DNA of 64,000 bases, taken from NCBI GenBank assembly GCA_048326155.1, contig DBFEQD010000002.1, forward strand, positions 13,080-77,079. The letters run 5' to 3'. Origin of the DNA: Collinsella sp. Its GTDB lineage: Bacteria; Actinomycetota; Coriobacteriia; Coriobacteriales; Coriobacteriaceae. Each line of letters starts with the position of its first letter. Positions within the stretch are counted from its first letter, which is position 1. Below are positions 10,001 to 18,600 of the stretch, piece after piece. The position numbers and the translations under genes were made by a program. The notes under the pieces are model-generated. The model was not told the origin of the DNA. It saw only the letters and a program-made list of their open reading frames with translations, and did not search any database.

Positions 10001-10268
10001 AGCCGATGCGGTTGTTGCGATAGGCATCCCAATCGCGATCGTGAAAATCCTTGGTCGAAATACCGTCGATCAGCAGGTCGCCGGAATCGAAATGATCGAG
10101 CCCACCGATAACGTTGAGCATCGTGGTTTTACCCGACCCCGAAGGTCCCAGAATGGCCACGAACTCGTTATCGCGAAAAGCCAGGCTCACGCTGTCGAGC
10201 GCCACCTGCGTAAACGACTGCGTGACGTACCTTTTGCAAATACCTTTGAGCTCCAGCATGGACGGCAA
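7005..10268 (-). CDS. ABC transporter, fused ATP-binding and FtsX/MacB-type permease
   Basis: GPSGSGKT, LSGGQMQRVAIARAL, LADEPTG; C-terminal ERKKEIGILRAIGA and DPVEALRSE. Confidence 0.92.
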   Translation of the reverse strand: MPSMLELKGICKRYVTQSFTQVALDSVSLAFRDNEFVAILGPSGSGKTTMLNVIGGLDHFDSGDLLIDGISTKDFHDRDWDAYRNNRIGFVFQSYNLIPHQTILENVELALTLTGVGHAERRQRAREALEKVGLGEHVNKRPNQLSGGQMQRVAIARALINDPEIVLADEPTGALDSTTSVQVMDLLKDVARDRLVIMVTHNPELAYQYATRIVNLADGKITDDSDPFDAAKAARREAKPTRKTSMSFVTALGLSARNLMTKKGRTAMTAFAGSIGIIGIAAILALSNGVNGYIKKVEEDTLSSYPLTISKQDYDLSSMMGGQGAADDGSSENVDSSDDSAGGKAKGTDRIPVVTAVKDMFASVKSNDMTSFKAWLDAGGDGIDKEVNAIQYGYGVTPVVYRAGKGDEKPVRLVPNAMTEAMSGGASSAATVSMESMGTSVFNEMIDDQSLLDSQYDVVAGHWPTSANEAVMVLSSRGTVGDYTLYSIGALDINELNDLVNSAMTADGGVETPETGTDFTYDDALSTTFKVLSPADAYRKNEETGMWTDMSDDADFMTAKVADGIDVRIVGVVRPNETANASALTPGIAYTHALTRQLMERAADSQIVQEQLAHPETDVFTGKSFDKLQGEAKQGVDLGSMFSVDEAALKSAFSFDTSALSGAGGGMDLSGLDLSGLDIDLSGVGKDIDFSDIMAKAPTPDFSGIFDGLELTPEQMQQVGALANQLFEGFLQSDQFKALSPEDLKDASKLAAAFSTYLEHDAAAQQCLAQLKALGGDALAERLQQAMTDYVQKQLAPYLQQAMDQVMKAISEQIASTVSSQLKAGAAGLMDQMATQMSSSFANLTSAMHVDASAFARAIHFNMDAEDLSSLMMSYAKASKLTYDNNLTTLGYADEVDPISVKIFPRDFEAKERVLDHIDAYNKQVKAAGHDDRAISYTDYMGIIMGSVTDIVNTISLVLIAFVGISLVVSSIMIGIITYISVLERKKEIGILRAIGASKRNVANVFNAETFIEGLIAGVFAIVVVVLVSFPVNAWALAAKKVPNLMSLPVQDALVLIAISVLLTVVAGLLPARSASKKDPVEALRSE

Positions 10269-10406
10269 CCTCTCCCACGCGGGCGCACTTGCCCGCTCTT
10301 CCCCGCCGTTCGTATTCGACGCGTTTGTCCTACTCTATCCCCATTTTTTGCCGGAGCCAGTGAGGAATGTAACGAAGCGTGCCAAAAAACGAACGGGACG
10401 GCGCCC

Positions 10407-10434
10407 AAAAGAAGAGGTCCCGAGCGGGACCTCT
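10407..10434 (-). terminator. Intrinsic terminator downstream of the TlpA operon
   Basis: AGAGGTCCCG-CT-CGGGACCTCT followed by TCTTTT on the minus strand. Confidence 0.7.
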
Positions 10435-10513
10435 ATATGGTGGAGCTTATCTTGAAAGGTAGCGGACTACTTCGCGCAGCGGCGCACGATCTTCGCCATG
10501 CTTTACGCGTTTT

Positions 10514-11491
10514 CTACTGCTCGCTATTCGCAATCGCCTGGTCGATAAGCTTGTCGAGTGCTGCGCGCTGCTCGGCGGAGCTGATGGCGCCCACGATGGG
10601 ATCCCCTACGATGTTGCCATTCTGATCGATGACATACGTTGTCGGGAACGAGAACAAATTTGACGTAAACTTACCGGCCTCGCTATCCGACTTGAACCAG
10701 ATGTTCTTATATGTCACGCCCTTCTTGCTCAGCACGTCCTTGGCATCTGCAATCTCGCCCTTGTTGCCATCGAGCGTAAAGGAATTGACGCCCACGACCT
10801 GGCCGCCCTTCTCGGCAAGCTCCTGATTCAGTTTCTCAAGATCGCCCAACTCACCCACGCACGGCTTGCAAGTGGTGAACCAGAAGTTCATGACGGTAAC
10901 CTTGTTCTTAGAGAACAGCTCGTCGCTGCTCACGTCGTTGCCGTCCAGGTCCTTGCCCGTAAAGCTGGGGAACTTCGTCGCCTCGCTCGAAGCATTGGCA
11001 CCAGCCGTCATGCCAGCGGTCGAAGCGTCGACGCTCTCGCCTGCGCTCGGCGTGCTTCCACAGCCGGGGAACTCCTTCTCCAGGCTCTCGAGCTTGTCCT
11101 CGATCTCCTTGATTTGCTGTGCGCCGGCCTTGAGCGTCTTAAGCTCATCCGTCGTGAACTCATCCTTGGCGCCGTCGATGGTCTTGAGCAGGAAATCGCC
11201 GTAATTGCTGCCGTCCTCAATCATTGCCGAGTCTTTATTTGCCGCATTGAATACCTTTTCCCACAGCGCGTTATCACTCGAAAAGATCTCGTTCTCCTTC
11301 TGCATGAGCTTCGCATATAGCTCGGCGGCCTCATCGGCATTGGTCGGCTTCTGCGCAGTGAGTTCTGCAATCTTAGGATCGGAGCCCGCAGATTCGCTCA
11401 CATTGCCACCGGGTGACGAACACGCCACAAGACACAAGGCCAGCACCGGTACCATAAACAGGGCCGCAATCTTAGAAAGCTTCATGGTCAT
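10514..11491 (-). CDS. TlpA/ResA-like thiol-disulfide oxidoreductase lipoprotein
   Basis: Lipobox LVAC; NFWFTTCKPCVGEL; FPTTYVIDQNG. Confidence 0.88.
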   Translation of the reverse strand: MTMKLSKIAALFMVPVLALCLVACSSPGGNVSESAGSDPKIAELTAQKPTNADEAAELYAKLMQKENEIFSSDNALWEKVFNAANKDSAMIEDGSNYGDFLLKTIDGAKDEFTTDELKTLKAGAQQIKEIEDKLESLEKEFPGCGSTPSAGESVDASTAGMTAGANASSEATKFPSFTGKDLDGNDVSSDELFSKNKVTVMNFWFTTCKPCVGELGDLEKLNQELAEKGGQVVGVNSFTLDGNKGEIADAKDVLSKKGVTYKNIWFKSDSEAGKFTSNLFSFPTTYVIDQNGNIVGDPIVGAISSAEQRAALDKLIDQAIANSEQ

Positions 11492-11514
11492 TCCTCCGTT
11501 TTGTCGAAGCTTGT

Positions 11515-12417
11515 TTACTTTTTATCGGCGGTCAAGGGAAGCTTTTCCGCCGACACATCCAGGCCATAGCGATAGCTGATGGCATCGACAGGACAGGCCC
11601 CGATGCACTTTCCGCACCGGATACATTCGGCATGATTGGGCGCGCGGACCACATCAACGTCCATCTGACAAACCTTTGAGCACTTGCCGCACGAGACACA
11701 TTTGCATGCATCGACCCGGATCCCCAGTAGGGACACCCTATTCATGAGCGCATAGAATGCGCCGAGTGGACAAATCCATTTGCAGAAGGGGCGGTAGAAC
11801 AAAACGCTCAGCACTACCACGGCAATGAGAACGGCAAGTTTCCAAGTAAAGAGATGTCCCAACGCAGATCGAATGCCGGCGTTGGCAATGGCCAGCGGAA
11901 TGGCGCCCTCGAGCACGCCCTGCGGACAGATGTACTTACAAAAGAACGGGTCGCCCATGCCCACGTCGTTAACCACCAAGACAGGCAGCAGCACCACGGC
12001 AAACAGCAGCACGACGTACTTGATGTATGTGAGCGGCTTGAGCTTTTTCGTGGAGAACTTTTTGCCGGGAATCTTATGAAGCAGCTCCTGCAGCCAGCCA
12101 AACGGGCACAGAAAGCCGCATACAAAGCGCCCCAGCAGCACGCCGAGCAAAATGAGCGTACCGGTAACATAGTAAGAAAAGTTGAACTTGGATGAACCTA
12201 CCACCGACTGGAACGACCCGATGGGGCACGCACCCGATGCCGCGGGGCACGAATAGCAATTAAGTCCAGGTACGCAGACTGTTTTTCCCGCGCCCTGATA
12301 GATGCTTCCTTTGGCAAAGTTTGGCAGGTGAATGTTGGTGACCAGCGTCGCCGCCGCCTGAATGAATCCGCGAAATCGGGCCAAAACATGCGACGCAGTG
12401 TTTTCTCTTTTATCCAA
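11515..12417 (-). CDS. Membrane 4Fe-4S-binding protein (NapH/NosR-like)
   Basis: CVPGLNCYSCP, GRFVCGFLCPFG, RPFCKWICPLG and two CxxCxxC ferredoxin motifs; probable TTG start at 12417. Confidence 0.85.
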   Translation of the reverse strand: MDKRENTASHVLARFRGFIQAAATLVTNIHLPNFAKGSIYQGAGKTVCVPGLNCYSCPAASGACPIGSFQSVVGSSKFNFSYYVTGTLILLGVLLGRFVCGFLCPFGWLQELLHKIPGKKFSTKKLKPLTYIKYVVLLFAVVLLPVLVVNDVGMGDPFFCKYICPQGVLEGAIPLAIANAGIRSALGHLFTWKLAVLIAVVVLSVLFYRPFCKWICPLGAFYALMNRVSLLGIRVDACKCVSCGKCSKVCQMDVDVVRAPNHAECIRCGKCIGACPVDAISYRYGLDVSAEKLPLTADKK

Positions 12418-12556
12418 TTCCGATACACTCCAAGCACAGCCTAATCGCTTTGGCCAGCACGGCATCCGCCTCGCCACGCATAACGCCAAAGCACACCATG
12501 GCAATTCCGACGATCAACAAAGCGACCTGTACCACGGGTTTTACCGCTTTGAACAA
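12410..12556 (-). CDS. CD1871A-family small CXXC membrane protein (48 aa; not in the ORF track)
   Basis: TTG start with AGGAG RBS; MFKAVKPVVQVALLIVGIAMVCFGVMRGEADAVLAKAIRLCLECIGIG*; the CLECIGIG end and position before the 4Fe-4S gene fit this family. Confidence 0.85.
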   Translation of the reverse strand: MFKAVKPVVQVALLIVGIAMVCFGVMRGEADAVLAKAIRLCLECIGIG

Positions 12557-12646
12557 CCCAACCACTCCTTTCGTTACGCGACCATTGGACCATATCGACT
12601 ATAAAATCCGTGTTAAGCGCGATTTGGAATGTGCAAGGAGACTGTT

Positions 12647-13321
12647 ATGCGTATTTTGATCGTCGAAGACGAGCGAGCGCTGTGCGACACGATCGCACGC
12701 AGCTTGCGAAACTTGGCGTACAGCGTCGACTGCTGCCACGACGGACAGGAGGCGCTCGACCTGCTGAGCGTCGAAGTCTTTGACCTCGTGGTACTCGACC
12801 TCAACCTTCCCCGTATCGATGGCATGACCGTGCTCAGGGAACTTAGGAAAACCGATTGCGAGACTAAGGTACTGATTCTGTCCGCGCGTGGCGAAGTATC
12901 CGATAAAGTCGCCGGACTCGATGCCGGCGCCAACGATTACCTTACCAAGCCGTTTCATCTGGACGAACTTGCAGCAAGGATCCGCAGCCTTACCCTCAGG
13001 CGCTTCGCACAAAGCGACATAGTATTAACCTGTGGAAAGCTCCGCTTTGACACCAAGGCGCGCATCGCTTCCGTGGACAGCGAGGCTTTATCTCTTACGC
13101 GCAAGGAAACGGGAATCTTGGAATACCTGATGCTTAATCAGGGGCGTCCGGTAAGTCAAGAGGAGCTTATCGAGCACGTTTGGGATAGCAGCGTGAACAG
13201 CTTTAGCAACGCAACCCGCGTTCATATCTCGTCACTCCGCAAAAAGCTACGCAGCGCTTTGGGATACGACCCGATTCGCAATCGGATTGGAGAGGGCTAC
13301 GTTATGGAGGATGGAGAATGA
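12647..13321 (+). CDS. OmpR-family response regulator
   Basis: MRILIVEDE, LDLNLP, GANDYLTKPF, winged-helix C-terminus. Confidence 0.93.
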   Translation: MRILIVEDERALCDTIARSLRNLAYSVDCCHDGQEALDLLSVEVFDLVVLDLNLPRIDGMTVLRELRKTDCETKVLILSARGEVSDKVAGLDAGANDYLTKPFHLDELAARIRSLTLRRFAQSDIVLTCGKLRFDTKARIASVDSEALSLTRKETGILEYLMLNQGRPVSQEELIEHVWDSSVNSFSNATRVHISSLRKKLRSALGYDPIRNRIGEGYVMEDGE

Positions 13322-14469
13322 AAGGGCTTTCGCTGCAATGGCGCATAACGATTATGACGGCACTGCTGACGTGTGCGGCATGCGTGCTGACGAACTGCCT
13401 GGTCGGCTATACGGGCATGCGCTACATGGATGCCATCGGCAGCAACATCTCGGCCTTTAACGCAACCGGCGAAGATTCGCCCCAGGCGTTCGACCCAACG
13501 AAAGCGACCCCCGATGACAAGGTCACGATCGTCGTAAACGACGCACAGGAGTCTTTTGGCACGACAACCTGGTGCATCACGGCTGGAGTCACACTCCTTG
13601 GCGGCGTGCTGGCATACTTTGTGAGCGGCCGTGCGCTCAAACCGCTACGGGCTTTTGCAGCCCAGGTTGAGCGCGTACAGCCTGACAACCTAAGCGAAAT
13701 CAGACTCAATGAAGATGTGCCCACCGAGCTACAACGATGCAGCGCCTCTTTCAACGACATGATCGACCGTCTTGGCGAAGGGTTCTCTGCACAGCGTCAG
13801 TTTACCGGCAACGCCGCACACGAGCTGCGCACCCCGCTCGCCCTTATGCAAGCACAGATTGAACTATTCATCTCCGAGCACTCCGGTTTGCAACCCGAAA
13901 CAGCCGAACTGCTCGGCCTGCTACAAGAACAAACCGAGCGCATGTCTCGAATGGCCAAGGTATTGCTCGAGATGAGTGAGCTCCGCAGCGTTCCTTGCAA
14001 GGACGATGTGGAACTTGGTCCCTTGTCCGAAGAGGTCCTCACCGACCTTGCGCCACTTGCCGAAAATAAGGGCATAGCTCTCAATTGTGCTGGAGACGCT
14101 TTAGTAATCGGAAGCGACACGCTCCTCTATCGGCTGGTGTTTAACCTGGTCGAAAATGCCATCCATTACAGCCGCCCCGGCTCGACTGTCAACGTCTCCA
14201 TCTGCGACAACGACAGCCACGTGTTCCTGCGAGTCGAGGACCAGGGCCCGGGAATACCCAAGCAGTACCGTGAGAGCATCTTCCAACCGTTCTTTCGCCT
14301 GGATAAATCCCGCAGCAGGGCATACGGCGGCGCAGGACTCGGACTAGCGCTCGTTTGGGAGATTGCAGCGCTTCACGGTGGCGCTGTAGAGGTCGAAGCA
14401 AGTTCCGAGAACGGGACCACCATGCTCGTAAGCCTTCCAAAACGATCCGCAGCGTCAACCGAGCAGTAA
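13318..14469 (+). CDS. HAMP-domain sensor histidine kinase
   Basis: AHELRTPL, NLVENA, DQGPGI, GAGLGL. Confidence 0.93.
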   Translation: MKGLSLQWRITIMTALLTCAACVLTNCLVGYTGMRYMDAIGSNISAFNATGEDSPQAFDPTKATPDDKVTIVVNDAQESFGTTTWCITAGVTLLGGVLAYFVSGRALKPLRAFAAQVERVQPDNLSEIRLNEDVPTELQRCSASFNDMIDRLGEGFSAQRQFTGNAAHELRTPLALMQAQIELFISEHSGLQPETAELLGLLQEQTERMSRMAKVLLEMSELRSVPCKDDVELGPLSEEVLTDLAPLAENKGIALNCAGDALVIGSDTLLYRLVFNLVENAIHYSRPGSTVNVSICDNDSHVFLRVEDQGPGIPKQYRESIFQPFFRLDKSRSRAYGGAGLGLALVWEIAALHGGAVEVEASSENGTTMLVSLPKRSAASTEQ

Positions 14470-14537
14470 AACGAAAGGGGTCCCGAGCAACAGGAGTACA
14501 ATTGCTGCTATTGTTGCCAGCTGTTGGGAGATGGAAG

Positions 14538-15542
14538 ATGGACTGCGATGGCTACCCATGCGTTCCCATGCCGTTGATGTGCACTGCCTTTGTGCCGGGG
14601 CAGATTGACGCTGCGGTTGCAGGCATTTCCGACCCCGATTCACGCACCATCGCCACGGCAGAAGCGCTGTACTTTCGCGGACAGGCCGCCCTCGCTGCCA
14701 AGACGGCGCGCCCCTATCTTGACGCCACCGATTCCGCACTGCGCTATTCCGCATGCTTTATCTGCGGATACGCCAGCCTGTCGCTCAACCGTATCGCCGA
14801 CGCCCGCCGTTGTCTTGCGGGCATCCTCGATACGCCAACTGACGAGGAATCACCCGCCGTCCACGCCACGCATATCCTGTTCGCCTCGGCCGCAAGCGTC
14901 CTGCTGCACTTGTCTTCCCCGTATTCTGCCGAAGAGTTTTATCCGCTTGCGGCGCATCTGCCCGAAGGCCTGCGCCTGTTCGCCAGCTACGTGATGGCGC
15001 ATGCCCTGTACCTGCGCGGCGAATATGGCCGCAGTCTGGGCATGGCGGAAAACGCCCTGATCATGAAACAGGGGAGCTATCCGATCTCGGAACTGTTCCT
15101 GCACCTGGCAGCTTCCATGGCATGCATGAGTCTCAAAGACGTCGACGCCGCAAAAACGCACTTCGGAGCCGCTTGGAACATTGCGCGCCCCGACGGCCTT
15201 ATCGAGCTCATTGGCGAGCACCACGGCCTTTTGCAGGGGCTCATCGAGGCATGCCTAAAATCGCAATACCCTGACGATTTCGCACGTATCATCGAGATTA
15301 CGTATCGATTCAGCTACGGCTGGCGGCGCATCCACAACCCCGATTCGGGCGAGGACGTTGCCGACGATTTAACGACCACGGAGTTCACCATGGCCATGCT
15401 CGCCTGCCGCGGATGGACCAACGCCGAAATCGCACGCCACATGGGCGTGTCGCCAGGTACCGTTAAAAATCGACTGTCCAACGTGTATGCAAAGCTTGGC
15501 ATCGGCACGCGCACCGAACTGGTCGCGCATATGCTGCGTTAG
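14538..15542 (+). CDS. LuxR-family transcriptional regulator with helical (TPR-like) N-terminal domain
   Basis: C-terminal LTTTEFTMAMLACRGWTNAEIARHMGVSPGTVKNRLSNVYAKLGI. Confidence 0.85.
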   Translation: MDCDGYPCVPMPLMCTAFVPGQIDAAVAGISDPDSRTIATAEALYFRGQAALAAKTARPYLDATDSALRYSACFICGYASLSLNRIADARRCLAGILDTPTDEESPAVHATHILFASAASVLLHLSSPYSAEEFYPLAAHLPEGLRLFASYVMAHALYLRGEYGRSLGMAENALIMKQGSYPISELFLHLAASMACMSLKDVDAAKTHFGAAWNIARPDGLIELIGEHHGLLQGLIEACLKSQYPDDFARIIEITYRFSYGWRRIHNPDSGEDVADDLTTTEFTMAMLACRGWTNAEIARHMGVSPGTVKNRLSNVYAKLGIGTRTELVAHMLR

Positions 15543-15698
15543 CGGCCAGACTGCCTAGCGCGGCACGTGCGCCCCGGAGCCCCGGCGCTTCGCTCGCTCA
15601 AATTGGACATTTTGGCCCTCGGACGGCACTACCGTGACAGGATGCCTTCTCGCAAAATTGGATTATTTCCACCGATACCTGCGGGATGGGAGCCAAAG

Positions 15699-18600
15699 AT
15701 GCTTGATCGCCGTTCGTTACTTGTTGCCGGAGCGTCCTCGCTGGCGAGCATTATGTTGCCGCGCGTGCCGGGAAGCGCAAACGCCTTCATATTGCCGTTC
15801 GCCCCCGCCGAGGCATACGCCGACGAAGATAATCCCTTCAAGGTCTTGGTGCTCTCGCGCACCATGTTTGGTGTGGTCGTGGTCGACGTCGCCAACAAGA
15901 ATACGCCCATCACGGGTGCCCAGGTCACGCTCATATCGCGCTATGCCGCAGGCAAGCAGCTCACCGCCACGACCGATGACGAAGGCACGGCCATCTTTGA
16001 GGTTGCCCCTCTTTCAGAAGGCTACGTGGACGAGGCAACGCTTCTCGACGCGTACGACTTTAACGGCGGCATCTCCATTAGCATGGCAGGCTACCGCGAT
16101 GTCGAGATTCCCCTCGCTCGCATTCTGGGCGGTACTGCCATTACCGCTCCCACACGTCCGCTTTCCGATGGCGAGCCGTACTTCCGCCAGCTCACATTCG
16201 ACGAATGGGACATCCAGTACGCCGACGCCACGTTTATGGCAATGCCAGCGGACGAAGCAGCAAACGACCAGCCCGATACGCACGCCTTTACCGTGCAGGC
16301 ACATCTGCCACAGGGTGGACAGGCAACGCTACGCATCAACAAAGTGACGCATGCCGCGGGCAGCTCACCCGAAACCGTCACACAGATCGGCCAGATCAAG
16401 GCCAGTGCATCGGGTGCGAATAATCTGGCAACGTTCACACTCGAAGACAAGTTCCTCGACGCGGCATCGAGCCTTCTGGAAGAAGGATGCAAGCTGCGCT
16501 TTGTCCTCGACTACCAGGGCAAAACCTACACACTCTCCTCCCCCATGGCCGTTGTCACTGCGCCGGCGGCAAAGGCGGAATCCGGATCGACCACTATCGT
16601 CCCCACCACCATGGACCAAGAGATCACTCCGTTTGATTTCCCCGCGGCGTTTCCCGGCATCGGCGGCAATAAGTTCACGTGTTGGATGCCCACATTTCCG
16701 ATCCTCTTCGATTTCTCGTTTGCTGGATACGTGCTGTTTGGCGGAGGATACAAACCAGCCAGCTATATGAACGATTCGGGCAACCCTGATCCGGAATACT
16801 GGAAGAAATCGCCGCGTGAGTCGGGCGCCAAGCAGGCAAACCGCTACCTCGACGAGATGGAGGGGAAGTGGAATCAGTACAAGAGTATGAGTGCCGGTTC
16901 GGGCACCGATCCAAGAAACACCAAGCTCCTTCGCCACCATTGCACACCGCTGTTCACGATGGATATCGCCACACAGCTGTACGGCTCACTCGCCTACGAT
17001 TGGGTGGGCAAAACCTGGGGTAACAACAACGACCCCGCATACGGCAATATTAAGGCCCTCTTCCAGGTAAGAACCGACCTCAATTGGACCGAGCAGTTTA
17101 CCCTAGGACCGGTGCCATTTTTCCTAAACGTCAACCCCTGGGTGCTGGCAAAACTGGCGCTCGCCGTGGGTGCCCACACGCACGGCAGCGGCGCGGCGTT
17201 TTTTAAAAACATTTCGCTCGACTATTCAAACACGTCGGGCTCGTTCACCATCCAGATCGGGCTTGCCGTCACCTTTGGCGCCGGCGTTGCAGGCGTCGCT
17301 TCGTCTGCCGTGCGCGGCGCCGCATCCCTCACGCTGTTCATTGGGTACGAAAAGGCAAATGGACACCAGCTTCCGCGACTGCGTGTAGGTGCAGACGTCG
17401 ATGTCGATGTAATACTCCAGTTCGTAATGTTCAAGTGGACCACCAAGGCTTGGTCGGGGTCGTGGCCCACACTCATCGATTCGTGGAATATGTCGGTGAA
17501 CAATGGCGACCAGTATGTGCTCCAGCGCTCTGAGCTCGCATTGGATGGAGATACGCCTTATACGCTGGATGCCTGCTTCGGCTCGGCCGGCAACGCCGAG
17601 GCGGGTGGTGTGCCGCAATTTATCGCATCGGCCACCATCGTCACCAACGCCGAACTGCTCGCACGCGCCGAGGTTAAGGCCACTGTCGTAAACGCCGCGC
17701 CTGTCGTGCGCGATTGGGATCAAGCGGTCACGCGCATTGAGCTCGAGGCGGATGCAGAAAGCGACGACACGGGACAGATCGAGCATTTCGTCCATGCACT
17801 GATAGAGAACGACGAAAACGCCGCGCCGATGTATGAGTACACCTACATCGGTCAGGCAACGAACACCGTTGCCGACCCGAACGCCGATTCTGCCGGCGTG
17901 TCGGAGGACGAGCGTGGCGGCATCAAGCCCTCGAGCGACAACGTGCTGTTTGCTGGCGTGCTCAGCGAAGCCCACATGAAGCTGGCAATGATTGCCGGCG
18001 TAGAATGCCTGTTCCGTATCGCCTCGGTGCGCTACGGCGACAATGGTCGCTCGCGCCTGGTGGTACACACAAAGGCAAACGGAACGTGGTCCGCTCCCAC
18101 GCCTGTGGACTTTCCCCTTGGGTTTGGCGAGGGCGACGTGGAGCGCGACAGCATATACGATTACGACTTCGACGTAGTGGAATATACGGACGGAAGAGGA
18201 AACCAGGACGCCTACGTGCTGCTGGTCTCGGGCGAGCGCCCCGCCGGCGACGACACCCTTTTCGATATGGCAAGCACAGCCGGCATACTGTCCGTTGTGC
18301 GCCTGCGCATAAGCAACGACGGAGTTCGCGTGGTATCGCACACGTCGTGGCGCAGCATCTCGCGCGGCCGCCTTCAGGAGGATGGCTACCATTGCCTGCA
18401 GTGCCCACGCATCACGGTGGGCAAGACACTTGTCAACGGGCGCCTGTCGGGCGCCTACCTCCACCGCCGCGGAACCACCGCAGAAAAGGCGCTCGGCAGC
18501 GAGGCCGAGGTTGCGCTGGAGTGCTTTACCCTGTGGTCGGACGTTTCGGGCGATAGCCTGACGTTCCGTCAAGTTCTCCGCTTTCCGCAGGCACCGTCGA

